Positions 42,242-43,157 of a stretch of DNA of 43,157 bases are shown here, in pieces. The DNA lies in contig CAYUUU010000001.1 in the NCBI GenBank assembly GCA_964448065.1, forward strand, positions 1-43,157, written 5' to 3'. Made by a program: the position numbers and the translations under genes. Each line of letters starts with the position of its first letter. Positions within the stretch are counted from its first letter, which is position 1. Source of the stretch: an uncultured Gammaproteobacteria bacterium. GTDB lineage: Bacteria > Patescibacteriota > Microgenomatia > UBA12405. The notes beneath the pieces are model-generated. The model did not search any database. It saw nothing but the letters and a program-made list of their open reading frames with translations, and was not told where the DNA came from.

Positions 42242-43157
42242 TTATTTTTTGGTTTAAAATATTTTTTACCTTTTAATTTTTCAGGTAATAAATCCTCTTT
42301 TGAATACATTTGGTAACCCTGACCATAGCCAATCTCTTTCATTAGTTTAGTTTCGGCATTGCGGAGATTAAGCGGTATTGGAAGATTACCATATTGTTGA
42401 ACATCGGCCAGAGCGGATAAATAACCCTCGTAAGCAGAACGGTCTTTGGGACTCTTGGCTAAATAAACAACTCCATGGGCTAGATTTTCCCGACACTCTG
42501 GATAACCAATGGTTTCACAGGTTCTAAAGACCTCATTGGCTAACATAAGAGCTGAGGAGTTAGCAATTCCAATATCTTCACTAGCAAAGACAACCATTCG
42601 TCTGGCAATAAACTTTGGATCTTCTCCGGCTTCGATTAGACGAGCTAGATAATAAAGAGAGGCGTCGACATTTGATGCTCTCATACTCTTAATTAATGAG
42701 CTGATAGTATTGTAATGTTCCTCCCCTTTTTTATCGAAGCGAAGAAAAGTGTTTTGAAGAGCCTGTTTAAGACTTTCGAGTTTTAAATTGCCGTATAAAG
42801 TATAGGCATTATCAAGCATAGTAATGCATTGACGAGCATCACCGTTGGCCATTTGAATAAGCCATTCCTTGGCATCTTTTTTAATTAAAACCCCTTTTTT
42901 ATCTAAACCCTTCTTTGATTTCACAATCTCCCCTAACCCCTCTTTGACAAGAGGGGGACTTAAAACAGAAACAGCCCTGTCTATTATTTGACCTATTTCT
43001 TCATCAGATAATTCTTTTAAAACAAAAACTCGGCAACGAGAAAGAAGTGGAGAGATAACTTCAAAAGAAGGGTTTTCGGTGGTGGCCCCAATTAAAATTA
43101 AAGCTCCTGATTCAACTGAAGGAAGTAAAAAATCTTGTTGAGCTTTGTTGAAACGGT
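42238..43157 (-). CDS. rarA: replication-associated recombination protein A (AAA+ ATPase), partial (N-terminus off the right edge)
   Basis: My translation upstream of the track ORF stays open: RFNKAQQDFLLPSVESGALILIGATTENPSFEVISPLLSRCRVFVLKEL... then ANGDARQ and the MgsA C-terminal domain. Confidence 0.85.
   Translation of the reverse strand, partial: RFNKAQQDFLLPSVESGALILIGATTENPSFEVISPLLSRCRVFVLKELSDEEIGQIIDRAVSVLSPPLVKEGLGEIVKSKKGLDKKGVLIKKDAKEWLIQMANGDARQCITMLDNAYTLYGNLKLESLKQALQNTFLRFDKKGEEHYNTISSLIKSMRASNVDASLYYLARLIEAGEDPKFIARRMVVFASEDIGIANSSALMLANEVFRTCETIGYPECRENLAHGVVYLAKSPKDRSAYEGYLSALADVQQYGNLPIPLNLRNAETKLMKEIGYGQGYQMYSKEDLLPEKLKGKKYFKPKNK
42923..42957. repeat. GC-rich element CAATCTCCCCTAACCCCTCTTTGACAAGAGGGGG inside rarA
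   Basis: Read directly. Translated in frame, in the opposite orientation to the metG copy, as SPPLVKEGLGEI. Confidence 0.85.

Noticed and set aside
1-43157. Alternative genetic code (UGA recoding, as in some CPR lineages)
   Set aside because: Long conserved genes are intact under the standard code. TGA is used as a genuine stop (for example the rarA end at 42238, overlapping the next ATG), and no conserved gene is interrupted by TGA.
1-43157. tRNA, rRNA or other structured RNA genes
   Set aside because: Non-coding space is tiny. The only GC-rich non-coding tracts are the short hairpin elements, and none has cloverleaf-like arm spacing. I could not run a covariance search, so small ncRNAs cannot be excluded.

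Overview
AT-rich (about 30% GC by eye), very gene-dense bacterial chromosome segment read with the standard genetic code. I call about 43 protein genes, many with overlapping or abutting start and stop codons. Gene content: gatCAB, a short MetRS, FolD, Map, S20, MurJ, FemAB, a KorAB-type 2-oxoacid:ferredoxin oxidoreductase, DUF2298 and GT-C membrane proteins, and giant Thr/Pro-rich surface proteins. This looks like a Patescibacteria/CPR-type genome, which is inference only. I found no rRNA, tRNA or CRISPR array.

The most unusual signal is not a gene. It is a population of short GC-rich palindromic elements that stand out against the AT-rich background. There are at least three sequence families and 16 copies. 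Eight or nine copies sit inside conserved genes (gatB, uvrD, DUF2298, a GT-C gene, metG, a GIY-YIG gene, rarA, the transposase gene itself, and a giant surface protein), always without breaking the reading frame, so they appear to be translated as small peptide insertions. One family is a 28-30 nt perfect palindrome headed by GTAG. It flanks and invades a frameshifted REP-associated tyrosine transposase (RAYT, HUH/Y1) gene at 41649-42241. That is the architecture of a REP/RAYT system.

Other notable content:
- A 15-kb co-directional envelope array (21895 down to 7945) links PilN/PilO-like proteins and a sorting-signal surface protein to a UbiA-type polyprenyl-phosphate phosphoribosyltransferase, a PAP2 phosphatase, two GT-C glycosyltransferases, a methyltransferase and a DUF2298 protein.
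- A 672-aa cytoplasmic protein is built from a 5-residue G-[FY]-[DN]-[KR]-x repeat, with a 189-nt higher-order DNA repeat.
- Several enzymes have altered catalytic motifs: a deaminase with HND instead of HAE, a thioredoxin fold without CxxC, an alkyltransferase-like protein with PFHR, and an NRAMP with DPSG and TTISPY.
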